A DNA stretch of 64,000 bases from Eubacteriales bacterium (GTDB taxonomy: Bacteria; Bacillota; Clostridia; Oscillospirales; CAG-272). Below the pieces are notes generated by a model. The model worked only from the letters and a program-made list of their open reading frames with translations. It was not told where the DNA came from and did no database searches. The position numbers and the translations under genes were made by a program. Below, in pieces: positions 38,354 through 48,017 of the stretch (position 1 is the stretch's first letter; each line of letters begins with the position of its first letter). The stretch covers positions 13,491-77,490 of the forward strand of contig JAZQEH010000080.1 in the NCBI GenBank assembly GCA_045538895.1. The letters are read 5' to 3'.

Positions 38354-39301
38354 TCAAATATTCAATGTTTTTGCAAGAAATGCATCAAGTTCCTTTTCAC
38401 ATCCTTCACGGTCTACCAGATATCCGCAGGCATGCAATGCACCTTTTATACGGACTATTGATTTTTCCGCAACACATGCTTCATAATTTGCAACCGTCAT
38501 ATCCACGGGAACAAAATCGTCATCCTCGCCGTGAACAAACAGTATGGGCAGTTTATTCACCGCCATCGCATCAAGCGTAGACGCATCCTTGAATCCGAAC
38601 TTTGCCTTTTTTATGGAAATCATTTCGGCTATATTAAGTATAGGAAAAGGCTTTGCGTGAAACGAGTGGTCAAGCACTCTTACAAAGATATCATACGGCG
38701 AAACATAGCCACTGTCGGCAATTATTCCCTTTACGTTGTCAGGAAGTTCAAACTCACTTGCCATAAGCACCGTTGCAGCACCCATGGATATTCCGTGCAG
38801 AATTATCTCAACGTCATCACCGAGTTTTTCCTTGGCAAAGTCTATCCAGCGAAGGAGGTCTAAACGTTCATGTACGCCAAAAGTTATATATTCGCCTTCG
38901 CTCTGCCCATGAGCACGGTGGTCGATAAGCAGAACCGAGCAGCCCTTGGGATAGAAATACGGAAGTGAAGCCGTGAAGTCATGTTGAGGATTCGAGCGGT
39001 ATCCGTGTGCCTCAATCAGAAGCTTTTTGCCGTCACCGTTCTTAATAAGCGTTCCGTGCAGGCGTAGTTTATCAAAGCTTTCAATCCATACGTCCTCTTT
39101 TTCAAGGGAATCATAAAATTCCTTGCCCTTTTCCCAGACGTCCTTATACTCAGCAAGCTGCTCCTTGAAGCCGTCGCCAAGCTCCATTTTATCACCGCGA
39201 AGTATTGCAAAATCAAACAGTTTTTTACATATAACAAGCAGTACCGAAACTAAAATCAGCAAAATTACCGCCGCCGCAATACCGAATACCGTCCAAAACA
39301 T
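38354..39301 (-). CDS. Membrane-anchored alpha/beta hydrolase
   Basis: N-terminal TM, HGY, DHRAHGQSEG, HGISMGA, HGEDDDFVP, ALHA. Confidence 0.85.
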   Translation of the reverse strand: MFWTVFGIAAAVILLILVSVLLVICKKLFDFAILRGDKMELGDGFKEQLAEYKDVWEKGKEFYDSLEKEDVWIESFDKLRLHGTLIKNGDGKKLLIEAHGYRSNPQHDFTASLPYFYPKGCSVLLIDHRAHGQSEGEYITFGVHERLDLLRWIDFAKEKLGDDVEIILHGISMGAATVLMASEFELPDNVKGIIADSGYVSPYDIFVRVLDHSFHAKPFPILNIAEMISIKKAKFGFKDASTLDAMAVNKLPILFVHGEDDDFVPVDMTVANYEACVAEKSIVRIKGALHACGYLVDREGCEKELDAFLAKTLNI

Positions 39302-39406
39302 ACCATCACTCCAAAAGTATTTTTACCATTTTAACATATTTTTTATCATTTGTAAGCATTTTGGGTTAAAAATATGTTAAAATCAAATAAAAAAGGTTGT
39401 GACTTT

Positions 39407-40279
39407 ATGAAAATAAAATCGTTTGTAAAAAGTTTTCTGCTTGCAACGCTTGGCGCTGCCTTCTTTGCCGTTGCCGTCGCTTTCTTTTATGACCCGTACA
39501 AAATCGCCCCCGGTGGAATAACCGGCTTTGCCGTTATCATAAGCCATCTTTTTCCGATAGTTTCAACCGGTACGGTTGTATTTCTGATGAATCTGCCGCT
39601 GCTTGTGCTGTCACTGATAAAGTTCGGAAAAAAGTTTGTTATAATAACAGTATATGCAACGGCGTTCATGTCGCTTTTAATGAATCTGCTTGAGCCGCTT
39701 TCGCTGACACACGGCATAGTAACCGATGACCTTATCGTACCTACCCTTTGCGGTGCCGTGCTTGATGCAATAGGACTCGGCCTTGTATACCGTGCAGGCG
39801 GCTGCACGGGTGGTTCGGATATCGTTATAAAGTTTTTGAGGCAGAAATATCGCCATATCCGCACGGGAGGCATGTCGCTTATCGTTAATGCTGTTGTTGT
39901 GACTGCTACGCTTATAGCTTTCGGAAATTTTGAAATTGCAGTTTACTCCGCCATTGCCATGACGCTTTCAAGCTTTATCCTTGACAAGGTGCTTTACGGC
40001 GGTGAGGGTGCAAAACTTGTTTACATCATCAGTGACAACCATAAGCTTATCACCGATGAAATACTAAGCAAAATAGAAATCGGTGTCACTCTCCTCAAGG
40101 GCGAAGGCGCGTACCTCGGCAAAGAGAAAAACGTTATAATGTGTGCGGCGAAAAAGCAGACGTTCCCAAAGATACGTGACATAGTAAAAGCCGCAGACCC
40201 GAATGCTTTTATGATAATAACGAATGCTACCGAAATCTTCGGCGAGGGATACAAAAGTCAGTTTAACGAGGAATTATAA
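39407..40279 (+). CDS. YitT family membrane protein
   Basis: APGGITG, NLPL, GGCTGGSD, GVTLLKGEGAY, DPNAF, GEGY. Confidence 0.85.
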   Translation: MKIKSFVKSFLLATLGAAFFAVAVAFFYDPYKIAPGGITGFAVIISHLFPIVSTGTVVFLMNLPLLVLSLIKFGKKFVIITVYATAFMSLLMNLLEPLSLTHGIVTDDLIVPTLCGAVLDAIGLGLVYRAGGCTGGSDIVIKFLRQKYRHIRTGGMSLIVNAVVVTATLIAFGNFEIAVYSAIAMTLSSFILDKVLYGGEGAKLVYIISDNHKLITDEILSKIEIGVTLLKGEGAYLGKEKNVIMCAAKKQTFPKIRDIVKAADPNAFMIITNATEIFGEGYKSQFNEEL

Positions 40280-40902
40280 TGAAGCTAGCAAAATCAAAAG
40301 AGTTTGAAAATGCCATTTCGGTACAGAAAATGCGTGACAGCGATGCCTATACAATAGCGAATTTTGTGCCGTCAAAGGAACTTATGTACCGTGCCGCAAT
40401 GGGCATATTCAATGCCGCAAAGTGGCATGGAAAAATCGCTATTGTGTGCGGTAGCGGTAACAATGCCGGTGACGGCTATGCACTTGCGTGCATACTTAAG
40501 GATAACGGCTTTAACCCGACCGTTTTCCGCATCTCCGACAGGTTTTCCGATGACGGAAAATACTACTATGATATGGCTATGAATCAAGGCGTAGCCGAAG
40601 AATCCGTGCTTGACCTTGCACACTTTGATATAGTAGTTGACTGTCTGCTCGGTACAGGTTTTTCCGGAGAACCAAGAGATAAGTATGCGGAGGCTATCCG
40701 CCTTATAAACGAATGCCCTGCCTATGTAATATCCGCCGATATAAACAGCGGTCTTAACGGCGACACGGGCGAATGCGCCCTTGCGGTAAAGTCCGACCTG
40801 ACAGTTTCTATAGGATACTATAAGAAAGGAATGTTTCTCGGCAACGCACCGTCGCTTATAGGCGATTTAGTCAACGTTGATATAGGAATTGTATTAATAT
40901 AA
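40279..40902 (+). CDS. nnrE: NAD(P)H-hydrate epimerase (YjeF N-terminal domain, stand-alone)
   Basis: LMYRAA, CGSGNNAGDG, VDCLLGTG, ADINSGLNGDTG, DIGI. Confidence 0.85.
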   Translation: MKLAKSKEFENAISVQKMRDSDAYTIANFVPSKELMYRAAMGIFNAAKWHGKIAIVCGSGNNAGDGYALACILKDNGFNPTVFRISDRFSDDGKYYYDMAMNQGVAEESVLDLAHFDIVVDCLLGTGFSGEPRDKYAEAIRLINECPAYVISADINSGLNGDTGECALAVKSDLTVSIGYYKKGMFLGNAPSLIGDLVNVDIGIVLI

Positions 40903-40930
40903 AAAATCCGCCTCTCGGCGGATTTTTTAT
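40899..40930. terminator. Bidirectional terminator
   Basis: ataaaaaatccgcc-tctc-ggcggattttttat. Confidence 0.85.
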
Positions 40931-40931
40931 A

Positions 40932-41954
40932 TTATTTAAACAACTCATCGGTGAAATATGCGTTTGAATCTGCATATTTGCCGAACTTATCCTTTACGGT
41001 TATGCGGACGTATACGTCTTCCTCAAGCACTTCAAAGCATGCCTTGGTAAGCACCTTGCCCTTTTCACGGAATGCACTGCGTACCTTGCGTGTGCCGGTT
41101 GTCATTGTTATCTTTTCGCATGCAGAAGCGGTTACATAGAGTTTGCCGTCCTCAAAATAAAGTTCCTTTATTTCAGGTCCCTGCGATGCGTAGAAATTAC
41201 CTGCAACAAGTGCATCGGTAATAGATTTGTATTCAAGATTCGGTGCCTTGATTACGGTAAATGCACCGAAAGAGTCGCTGCGGGGGCTATCGAGGGGAGC
41301 ACCGTTGTGGTTATCGTCGGTGCCGATACAGTAAATACGCTTGCCCATGCGGAGCATATCGTCATAGATTATCGGATTGTACTCTGCAAAGCCCGTTTTG
41401 AAGCAACCGTAGTTGCAGATCTCCATTGCGTGCATACCGTTATAGCCCTCATAGTCAGTTCTGTCCTCAAGCGACCATACGGGATGATTATACGTAACAA
41501 AGAATCCGTTCTCACGGCCTGCATTCATCATTATATTAACGCACTCGTGTGTATGCTCTCTCTCAAAGTCGGGCATATTCTCGTCAAACTGTGCAAGATG
41601 GCGGTACTCCTCACCGTGGCCGATGAGATACTTTGAGCGATGCCAGCAAACCTGCTTTAAATTATCGGGATCAAGTGCGATAAGGCACATGTGGCATGTT
41701 TTGCGGAACTTGAAAGGCATTCCCGCAGAGGTTGCCTCCATTTCATAGCCGTGGAGAGCAAGGAAGCTTTCATCGTTAAGTTCATCATGAGGGATCATGA
41801 TATCGTGGTCGGTGTAGGCAACGATTGAATATCCGCGTGCCTTATATGCGTCTTTTACTTCGGCAGGTGTAAGCTTGCCGTCAGAAACAGTGGTATGACA
41901 ATGCAAGTTTGCCTTGTAAAACTGTCCGTCCTTGGGGAGAAGATACTTTGTCAT
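40932..41954 (-). CDS. PHP domain metallohydrolase
   Basis: NLHCHTTVSDG, YTDHD, GYE, NHP, GTDDNH. Confidence 0.85.
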   Translation of the reverse strand: MTKYLLPKDGQFYKANLHCHTTVSDGKLTPAEVKDAYKARGYSIVAYTDHDIMIPHDELNDESFLALHGYEMEATSAGMPFKFRKTCHMCLIALDPDNLKQVCWHRSKYLIGHGEEYRHLAQFDENMPDFEREHTHECVNIMMNAGRENGFFVTYNHPVWSLEDRTDYEGYNGMHAMEICNYGCFKTGFAEYNPIIYDDMLRMGKRIYCIGTDDNHNGAPLDSPRSDSFGAFTVIKAPNLEYKSITDALVAGNFYASQGPEIKELYFEDGKLYVTASACEKITMTTGTRKVRSAFREKGKVLTKACFEVLEEDVYVRITVKDKFGKYADSNAYFTDELFK

Positions 41955-41959
41955 GGCTT

Positions 41960-43120
41960 TTACCTCTTTACTTTTATGAATTTAGAAATGACTACAGCAC
42001 CGATAAGCGATACTACCGCCCATGAAATAAACATTGCATTATATCCGAAGTGCTTGATAACCACGCCGTAAACCAGCGAACCGAATGCCGCACCGAGATA
42101 CGTAACGAAATCAACCAGACCGCCAACGGAAGAAACGTTTCCCTCGTGGCGGTATCTGTGGGGATACACCGATAGCATTGACGTATTTATAAGTGACACC
42201 GCTGCATATATTGCCGTAAGGCAAAGGATTGAAAAGGCTGCGCTGCCCTTAATGCCGATAAGCACCGAAAATACAGTGCAGAGTACAAAACCAATCAAGG
42301 TTACCGTATGCTCGTTTTCCTTGCATATACGATAGAATACCTGATGCGACACTCTGCCGATAAATCCGAATGCAGGTATGAGCAAAAGATAGTATGACGA
42401 CGTACTTAAATCAATAGCGTATGTATCAATTACATATACTGTCATCCACAGACTGATATTTTCTTTGAGTATACCGTGGATAAATGAAGGGATACTGATA
42501 ATCTGCAGTTCCCTTTTGGCAAGGAGCTGAAAAAAAGAAAGATGCTTTTTATCGCTTGCACACGGCTTTACCTCACGGAACATTGCAAGCACCGAGATGC
42601 CGAGCGCAAGCGTGATAAATCCGGGAACTATAAACGCATACTTTGTGCCGAAGCGGGTGATAAGCCACGTGCAGAACAGTATGCTTATTATATTACCCGT
42701 TGCAACCGAGGTAGAAAGCATAGCCGTACGTTTTTTGGCGGTGCGTTCATCATAAATATCGCTCATAACCGATATCATTGATCCCCATAGCATCGACTGT
42801 GCATATGCGTTAACCGTCCAAAGGAGGAATATACCTATAAAAGGCGGAAAGAATCCAACGAGAATATTGCTCACAGCGCAAGCCGCAAGCCCTGTGCTTA
42901 TCATAACAAACGGCGGCGCTTTATCGCTCAGAATACCGTTTACAAGTCTGCCAAGGGCAAACGTTGCGGAAAAAGCTCCGCCTAATGCACCGATTTGCAC
43001 GGTGTTTAATATACCCGCCTCAACAAGCGAGGGGTTTGCCATTGTCAGATTTACTCTTGCTATATAAATCGAAGAATAAGCAAGATAACATAATATATAA
43101 ATAATTCTACGTTTGGTCAT
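41960..43120 (-). CDS. MFS transporter (GlpT/UhpC-like organophosphate family)
   Basis: About 12 hydrophobic segments, YIARVNL, GILSDK, AQSMLW. Confidence 0.75.
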   Translation of the reverse strand: MTKRRIIYILCYLAYSSIYIARVNLTMANPSLVEAGILNTVQIGALGGAFSATFALGRLVNGILSDKAPPFVMISTGLAACAVSNILVGFFPPFIGIFLLWTVNAYAQSMLWGSMISVMSDIYDERTAKKRTAMLSTSVATGNIISILFCTWLITRFGTKYAFIVPGFITLALGISVLAMFREVKPCASDKKHLSFFQLLAKRELQIISIPSFIHGILKENISLWMTVYVIDTYAIDLSTSSYYLLLIPAFGFIGRVSHQVFYRICKENEHTVTLIGFVLCTVFSVLIGIKGSAAFSILCLTAIYAAVSLINTSMLSVYPHRYRHEGNVSSVGGLVDFVTYLGAAFGSLVYGVVIKHFGYNAMFISWAVVSLIGAVVISKFIKVKR

Positions 43121-43121
43121 T

Positions 43122-43982
43122 TTATTTTGTAACGTACCTGCCTCGGTCTACAAATTCTTTAGTCTTTTTAGTGCGTTCAACCGCATTTTCATAATGCCTT
43201 GCCGAAAGCGAAATGACAATGGAGTCAAGCACACTTATCTGTGCTATACGTGACGAAATAGCTTCTATGGGGTATTGAATCTCATCTGACGAAATTACTA
43301 TCGGACAGTCGCAAATCTTTGTAATAAGACTGTCGGGAAAGCTTGTAATGCAGGCAGTCTTTGCCCCCATCTCCTTTGCCAGAGTAAGTGCATCGGCGGT
43401 TGCCGTGGTCTGACCGCTGTTTGACACGCCAAACGCAAGATCGTTTGGCTTTATATTAAGCGTTGAAACCTTCATTGACGGCACGTCGGTAAAGCATATT
43501 GCAGTATAGCCGACCTGCGTTAATCTGTACTGAAAATCTGCAGCAATAACCGCAGACGTGCCGATACCGTAAATGTAGATTACATTTGCACTGTCGATAA
43601 GGTCCACTGCCCTTTCCACCGCCGAAGTATCTATTTCCTCAGCGGTATCGTGCAAGGTCTTTACATTTGCAGAAAACACCTTTTCAAGAATACTTTCAAC
43701 ACTGTCATCCTTGTCAATATACGGCACATAATTCAACTGCTTGTTCTTTGAAAGCTCCATTGCAAGTGCGAGCTTGAGCGAAGAATACCCATCAAAGCCA
43801 AGCGTTTTACAGCAACGTATCACCGCAGATTTTACAACACCTGCATTCTCCGCAAAATCCGAAACGGACATGGAAATAACACTGCCGCTTTCTGCCAGAA
43901 TATACTCTGCAATCTTTTTTTCTACAGGGGTAAGCGTATCATATTTTTGCTTTATTTGCGAAAGACATGACTTGTTATTCAT
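43122..43982 (-). CDS. MurR/RpiR family regulator
   Basis: LTPVEKKIAEYI, SAVIRCCKTLGFDGY, YGIGTS, SNSGQT, SRIAQ. Confidence 0.9.
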   Translation of the reverse strand: MNNKSCLSQIKQKYDTLTPVEKKIAEYILAESGSVISMSVSDFAENAGVVKSAVIRCCKTLGFDGYSSLKLALAMELSKNKQLNYVPYIDKDDSVESILEKVFSANVKTLHDTAEEIDTSAVERAVDLIDSANVIYIYGIGTSAVIAADFQYRLTQVGYTAICFTDVPSMKVSTLNIKPNDLAFGVSNSGQTTATADALTLAKEMGAKTACITSFPDSLITKICDCPIVISSDEIQYPIEAISSRIAQISVLDSIVISLSARHYENAVERTKKTKEFVDRGRYVTK

Positions 43983-44013
43983 CGGCGGTTCCTTTGCATT
44001 GGAATTTTGTTCT

Positions 44014-44042
44014 ATTATAGCATTTTTAAAAGTTTATGTCAA
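44014..44042 (-). promoter_or_regulatory. sigmaA consensus promoter of rpiR-MFS-PHP
   Basis: TTGACA-17 bp-(TGc)TATAAT. Confidence 0.8.
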
Positions 44043-44074
44043 TGTAAAAAGCCTGCGTTTGCAGGCTTTTTACA
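44043..44074 (-). terminator. Terminator after the phosphoesterase gene
   Basis: tgtaaaaagcctgc-gttt-gcaggctttttaca. Confidence 0.8.
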
Positions 44075-46507
44075 TTATTTTACTGAAGCTTTCATTATGC
44101 GGAGCACGTCAAGCAGCGTACACTCGCCGTCACCGTTCACATCGGTTCTGTCAATACACTCACTGTCAACAACACAACGGAGTGCGGTCATAACATCTAT
44201 GATATTTACCTCATCATCAAGGTTCACGTCGCATGCAAGCTCATTCCATGCCATTGTGAACTGATTTTCCTTGAGGAAATACTGGTCACGAACTGTGGAA
44301 TAATGCTCAACCTCAACGCACTTGCCGTCCTTGGAGAAATAAAGCATAGTTACCATACCGAGAGCACCACGGTTCTTTTCCTCGGTCTGTGCGTCAATGA
44401 GCATCTGTGTTACGGTATTGCCGTTTTCACCGATATCCTTGCGGAAAACAACGTATGCATGGGGGTCGTGTCCGCTCATTACAAGAATGATGTTCTCATG
44501 CTTCTTTACGAACTTATCCCAAACCTGGTCACCGTTATTGTTGGCGGGGTCGGAATTTGAAGGAGGAACAACGTCGCCTGAGTCAAGCGTTGTGCCGTCA
44601 CGGAACATGTATGCGTGAGTTGTCATAATAACCTTGTGGTCGGGATGTGCCTCACACACAGAGGATGCCCATGCAAGCTCCTCGTCGGTAGGACCGTAGT
44701 CAAGAGTAATGGAAAGGAACTTTTCTTCACCTACTGTAAACGTGCGGTAGGTGTTTTCAAGCTCATCCGCCTTGAATCTCTGCTCGGCGGGGATTTCGGT
44801 TGCATATTTGGAATCTGCCATAGCCGCATTGAACTGAAGCTTTGTTTCGGCAGTAGTAGTCTGGCTATCGTGGTTACCTCTTACAACGCTGTACGGAATG
44901 CCTGCGTCGGAAAGCTTATCAAATGCAGTAACTGCCTCTTCCCATTCACGGATAAGCGAATTATTGGTAATATCGCCAAGTCCGAATACGTATTGAATAT
45001 TCTTTGTTTCCTTATTTGCAATTATCCAATCATAAAGAGTCTGGAAGTGATCGGGATAGAAGTCATTAAGGCACTGTGTATCGCCTACAACTGCAAAGGA
45101 ATATGCATAATCGGTTTCGATTTCTTCTTCGTCAAGCCAGATTCTGTCGTAAACAGCATTATTATTACCTGCAAGGTCGGTTATGCTGTCAGGACGGTCG
45201 GTTACCGTGTAATCAGAAAGGTCATAGTGCAAAATGAGGTTATCGGTACCGTAGGAAACCGCATCAGCAGCAATTTCTGCATCGGTACGGATATCCGAGT
45301 ACACCGCTACGCTCTTAAGATTGCCCTTGAAATACTGTGCGTTACCGCTTCTTGCGTCGCCGCCAAGTACAAATCCGTCAAATCGAGCAGGACCGCCGCC
45401 TACGTTCTTATCGGTTACGGTGTCCAAAAGAGTGCCGTTGATGTAGCCCTTTACAACACCTGCCGCAAAATCATGAGTTACTGCAAGCTTTATCCATTCT
45501 CCGCAATATGCAGATGCATCAAAGTATGCTGCATAGTCATCACCGTTTGCATCTATCCAATAATAACGTAGTCTGCCGTCTGTGTGAATTTCAAAATTGA
45601 CACAGCTTTTTGCTGAACCGGGGTAATTACCGATAATTACACCGCCGCGTGTATCGGATGCAAAGGTAGAGGGGAAATAAAACTCTGCCTCAAAGGTATG
45701 CGGTGCTGCTGCAAGCTCGCCAACGTTGTATGTACCGTTTTCGTTGTCAAACGCCATACCGTCGGTAACTTCAAAATACTCTTCATTGAGCGAGGAATCT
45801 GCCGTATTGGAATAACCGAGATGGTTTGCATTTGCACTGTAATCCTTGAGTCTTTTTGTTCCGCTTACAGAGAAATCATATGCACCAAGGAGTGTATTCT
45901 CGGTATAGTTTACTGCCGCACAGTCGCTTGCAACCTGAGCTGCGGTACGGCTATCGGAATAGAGTGCTACCGAGCCGAGGGTTGTGCTCTTAAGATACTG
46001 GGTGTTGCCGTCACGGAAGTCGCCGCCTACCATAAACTGAGAAAGCGAACTTGCTTCAACGTCTGCAAAGGTCTTTTCAACCGTCTGCTTGAGCTCGCCG
46101 TTGATATAGCACTTTGCATCAGTAGCAGTGCTGACTACCGCTACGTGAGTCCATTCACCCGTGCGGAGGTCTACGTCGGTAAAGTTTGCGGTAACAGACG
46201 AATCAGTTCCTGCTCTCCAGTAAAGATAGGGGTTACCGTTTTTGCGGATTTCAAGGTCCCACATCGTGTTTTTATAAGTACCCGAAACAAAGTTGCCGAC
46301 AATAACGCCAAGACGTTCGGCAGAAGCATCGGCATCAACTTTTACCCATGCCTCAATGGTACGGGGAGCCGCCGTTAGCGCTGACGAGGTTGTGTAGCCG
46401 TCGTCTGCGGTAAAGGTAATGCCGCCCGTTGGTGCTGCAGCCGCAGGCACAAGAGCAAGCGGCAAAAGCATCGCAAATGCGAGCAAGAGCGAAACTATTT
46501 TCTTCAT
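44075..46507 (-). CDS. Secreted 2x LamG-like + calcineurin-like metallophosphoesterase + C-terminal dockerin-like protein
   Basis: TIEAWVK, GEWTHVAV, YING; GDTQ, GLGDIT, GNHD, TTHAY, SGHD; DVNLDDEVNIID..DVNGDGECTLLD. Confidence 0.85.
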   Translation of the reverse strand: MKKIVSLLLAFAMLLPLALVPAAAAPTGGITFTADDGYTTSSALTAAPRTIEAWVKVDADASAERLGVIVGNFVSGTYKNTMWDLEIRKNGNPYLYWRAGTDSSVTANFTDVDLRTGEWTHVAVVSTATDAKCYINGELKQTVEKTFADVEASSLSQFMVGGDFRDGNTQYLKSTTLGSVALYSDSRTAAQVASDCAAVNYTENTLLGAYDFSVSGTKRLKDYSANANHLGYSNTADSSLNEEYFEVTDGMAFDNENGTYNVGELAAAPHTFEAEFYFPSTFASDTRGGVIIGNYPGSAKSCVNFEIHTDGRLRYYWIDANGDDYAAYFDASAYCGEWIKLAVTHDFAAGVVKGYINGTLLDTVTDKNVGGGPARFDGFVLGGDARSGNAQYFKGNLKSVAVYSDIRTDAEIAADAVSYGTDNLILHYDLSDYTVTDRPDSITDLAGNNNAVYDRIWLDEEEIETDYAYSFAVVGDTQCLNDFYPDHFQTLYDWIIANKETKNIQYVFGLGDITNNSLIREWEEAVTAFDKLSDAGIPYSVVRGNHDSQTTTAETKLQFNAAMADSKYATEIPAEQRFKADELENTYRTFTVGEEKFLSITLDYGPTDEELAWASSVCEAHPDHKVIMTTHAYMFRDGTTLDSGDVVPPSNSDPANNNGDQVWDKFVKKHENIILVMSGHDPHAYVVFRKDIGENGNTVTQMLIDAQTEEKNRGALGMVTMLYFSKDGKCVEVEHYSTVRDQYFLKENQFTMAWNELACDVNLDDEVNIIDVMTALRCVVDSECIDRTDVNGDGECTLLDVLRIMKASVK

Positions 46508-46551
46508 AAATTATACTGTCCTTTCAGAAAGTAGATTTTTATTCTAAAAAT

Positions 46552-46580
46552 ATTATATATTTAGAACTTTATTCTGTCAA
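46552..46580 (-). promoter_or_regulatory. sigmaA consensus promoter of the phosphoesterase gene
   Basis: TTGACA-17 bp-TATAAT. Confidence 0.75.
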
Positions 46581-46591
46581 TAGCAAAAACA

Positions 46592-46620
46592 AAAATACGG
46601 CTGAAAAACAGCCGTATTTT
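46592..46620 (-). terminator. Terminator after the antiporter gene
   Basis: aaaatacggctg-aaaaa-cagccgtatttt. Confidence 0.75.
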
Positions 46621-46624
46621 CAAC

Positions 46625-47929
46625 TTATTTATTCTTCTTTGCCTCTGCCTCTTGCAGTTTGGTATGACGGCGCATTTTAACCTCATGAGGAATGGGCTTG
46701 ATATCGCCTGCGGCGGTAAGTGCCATTCTTGTCATTACAGGGCCGAAAATCTCATAAATAAGCACTGCAAAGAGTGTAATGTTGCGGATAAGAACGCCCT
46801 CTCCGTCTGCAAGACCGTTTGCAGCTATTGCACACATACCGAGTGCAACACCTGCCTGCGGAAAGAGTGTAATACCGAGATATTTACAGATCTCGGGAGA
46901 ACATTGTGTAGCCTTTGCACTCATGAAAGCACCGAAGTATTTACCAAGGCAACGGAAGATAATATATACGATACCGATTACAACTATCGCCCAGTTTGTG
47001 AATACACTAAGTTCAAGCTCAGCACCGCTGATAACGAAGAAAAGTGCAAAAAGCGGTGACGTCCATTTATCGGATGCACCCATAAGGTCATGCGAAAGAG
47101 GACAGATATTGCAGAATACCGTGCCGAGCATCATGCACACAAGAAGTGATGAAAAACTGATATGTACAGGGCCGATGTGGAACTCAAGCATCGAAAGCGA
47201 TGCGGTGAGAAATACGAATGCGATTGTAAGGTTAAGACGGTTTGTGTTGGAGTTGAAAAGCTTTTCAAGCTGTGTAAGGATCCAACCCATAACAGCACCG
47301 AGAATGAGCGAGCAAACGATCTCAACAAGCGGATTAACCAGAATAGAAATCATATCAACCTGACCGCTGATAAGTGTTTTTGCAATACCGAAGGAAACCG
47401 CAAAAACGATAAGGCCTACTGCGTCATCAAGAGCTACTATGGGAAGAAGCAGCTTTGTAAGAGGGCCGTTTGCCTTATACTGACGGACAACCATAAGCGT
47501 TGCCGCAGGTGCCGTAGCAGTCGCTATCGCACCGAGAGTAATCGCCTGCGATACAGAAAGCACGTCGGGCATAAGAATATGTACTAAGTAAAGAGCAACG
47601 TCAACGAGCAATGCCGCCGCAAGTGCCTGAAAAATACCTATAACCAAAGCCTGTTTGCCGGTTTTTTTGAGTTCTTCTACCCTGAATTCATTACCGATAG
47701 AAAATGCAATAAAGCCAAGTGCAACCTCTGAAATAAGACCGAGTGCCGCAACGGCATCATGAGAAGCAAAGCCGAGACCGTTGATACCAAGTGCACCGAG
47801 GCAATAAGGGCCGATAAGCACACCTGCAATAAGATACGCCGTAACCGCCGGCAATTTGAGCGGCTTGAATGCTCTGGTCATCATAAGACCAAATAGCAAC
47901 GCAATAGAAACTGACAGTAAAATATTCAA
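46625..47929 (-). CDS. Cation:proton antiporter (CPA2 / Na+/H+ exchanger family)
   Basis: LPAVTAYLIAGVLIGP, ATAPAAT, VALDD, FFVISGA, PQAGVALG. Confidence 0.85.
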   Translation of the reverse strand: MNILLSVSIALLFGLMMTRAFKPLKLPAVTAYLIAGVLIGPYCLGALGINGLGFASHDAVAALGLISEVALGFIAFSIGNEFRVEELKKTGKQALVIGIFQALAAALLVDVALYLVHILMPDVLSVSQAITLGAIATATAPAATLMVVRQYKANGPLTKLLLPIVALDDAVGLIVFAVSFGIAKTLISGQVDMISILVNPLVEIVCSLILGAVMGWILTQLEKLFNSNTNRLNLTIAFVFLTASLSMLEFHIGPVHISFSSLLVCMMLGTVFCNICPLSHDLMGASDKWTSPLFALFFVISGAELELSVFTNWAIVVIGIVYIIFRCLGKYFGAFMSAKATQCSPEICKYLGITLFPQAGVALGMCAIAANGLADGEGVLIRNITLFAVLIYEIFGPVMTRMALTAAGDIKPIPHEVKMRRHTKLQEAEAKKNK

Positions 47930-48017
47930 AATATTCGCTTCCTTTTATATGTATTTTTGAACCTTACATAGAATACCACTACATTAACATAAAATCAAGT
48001 GCTATTTTGACAAAAAA

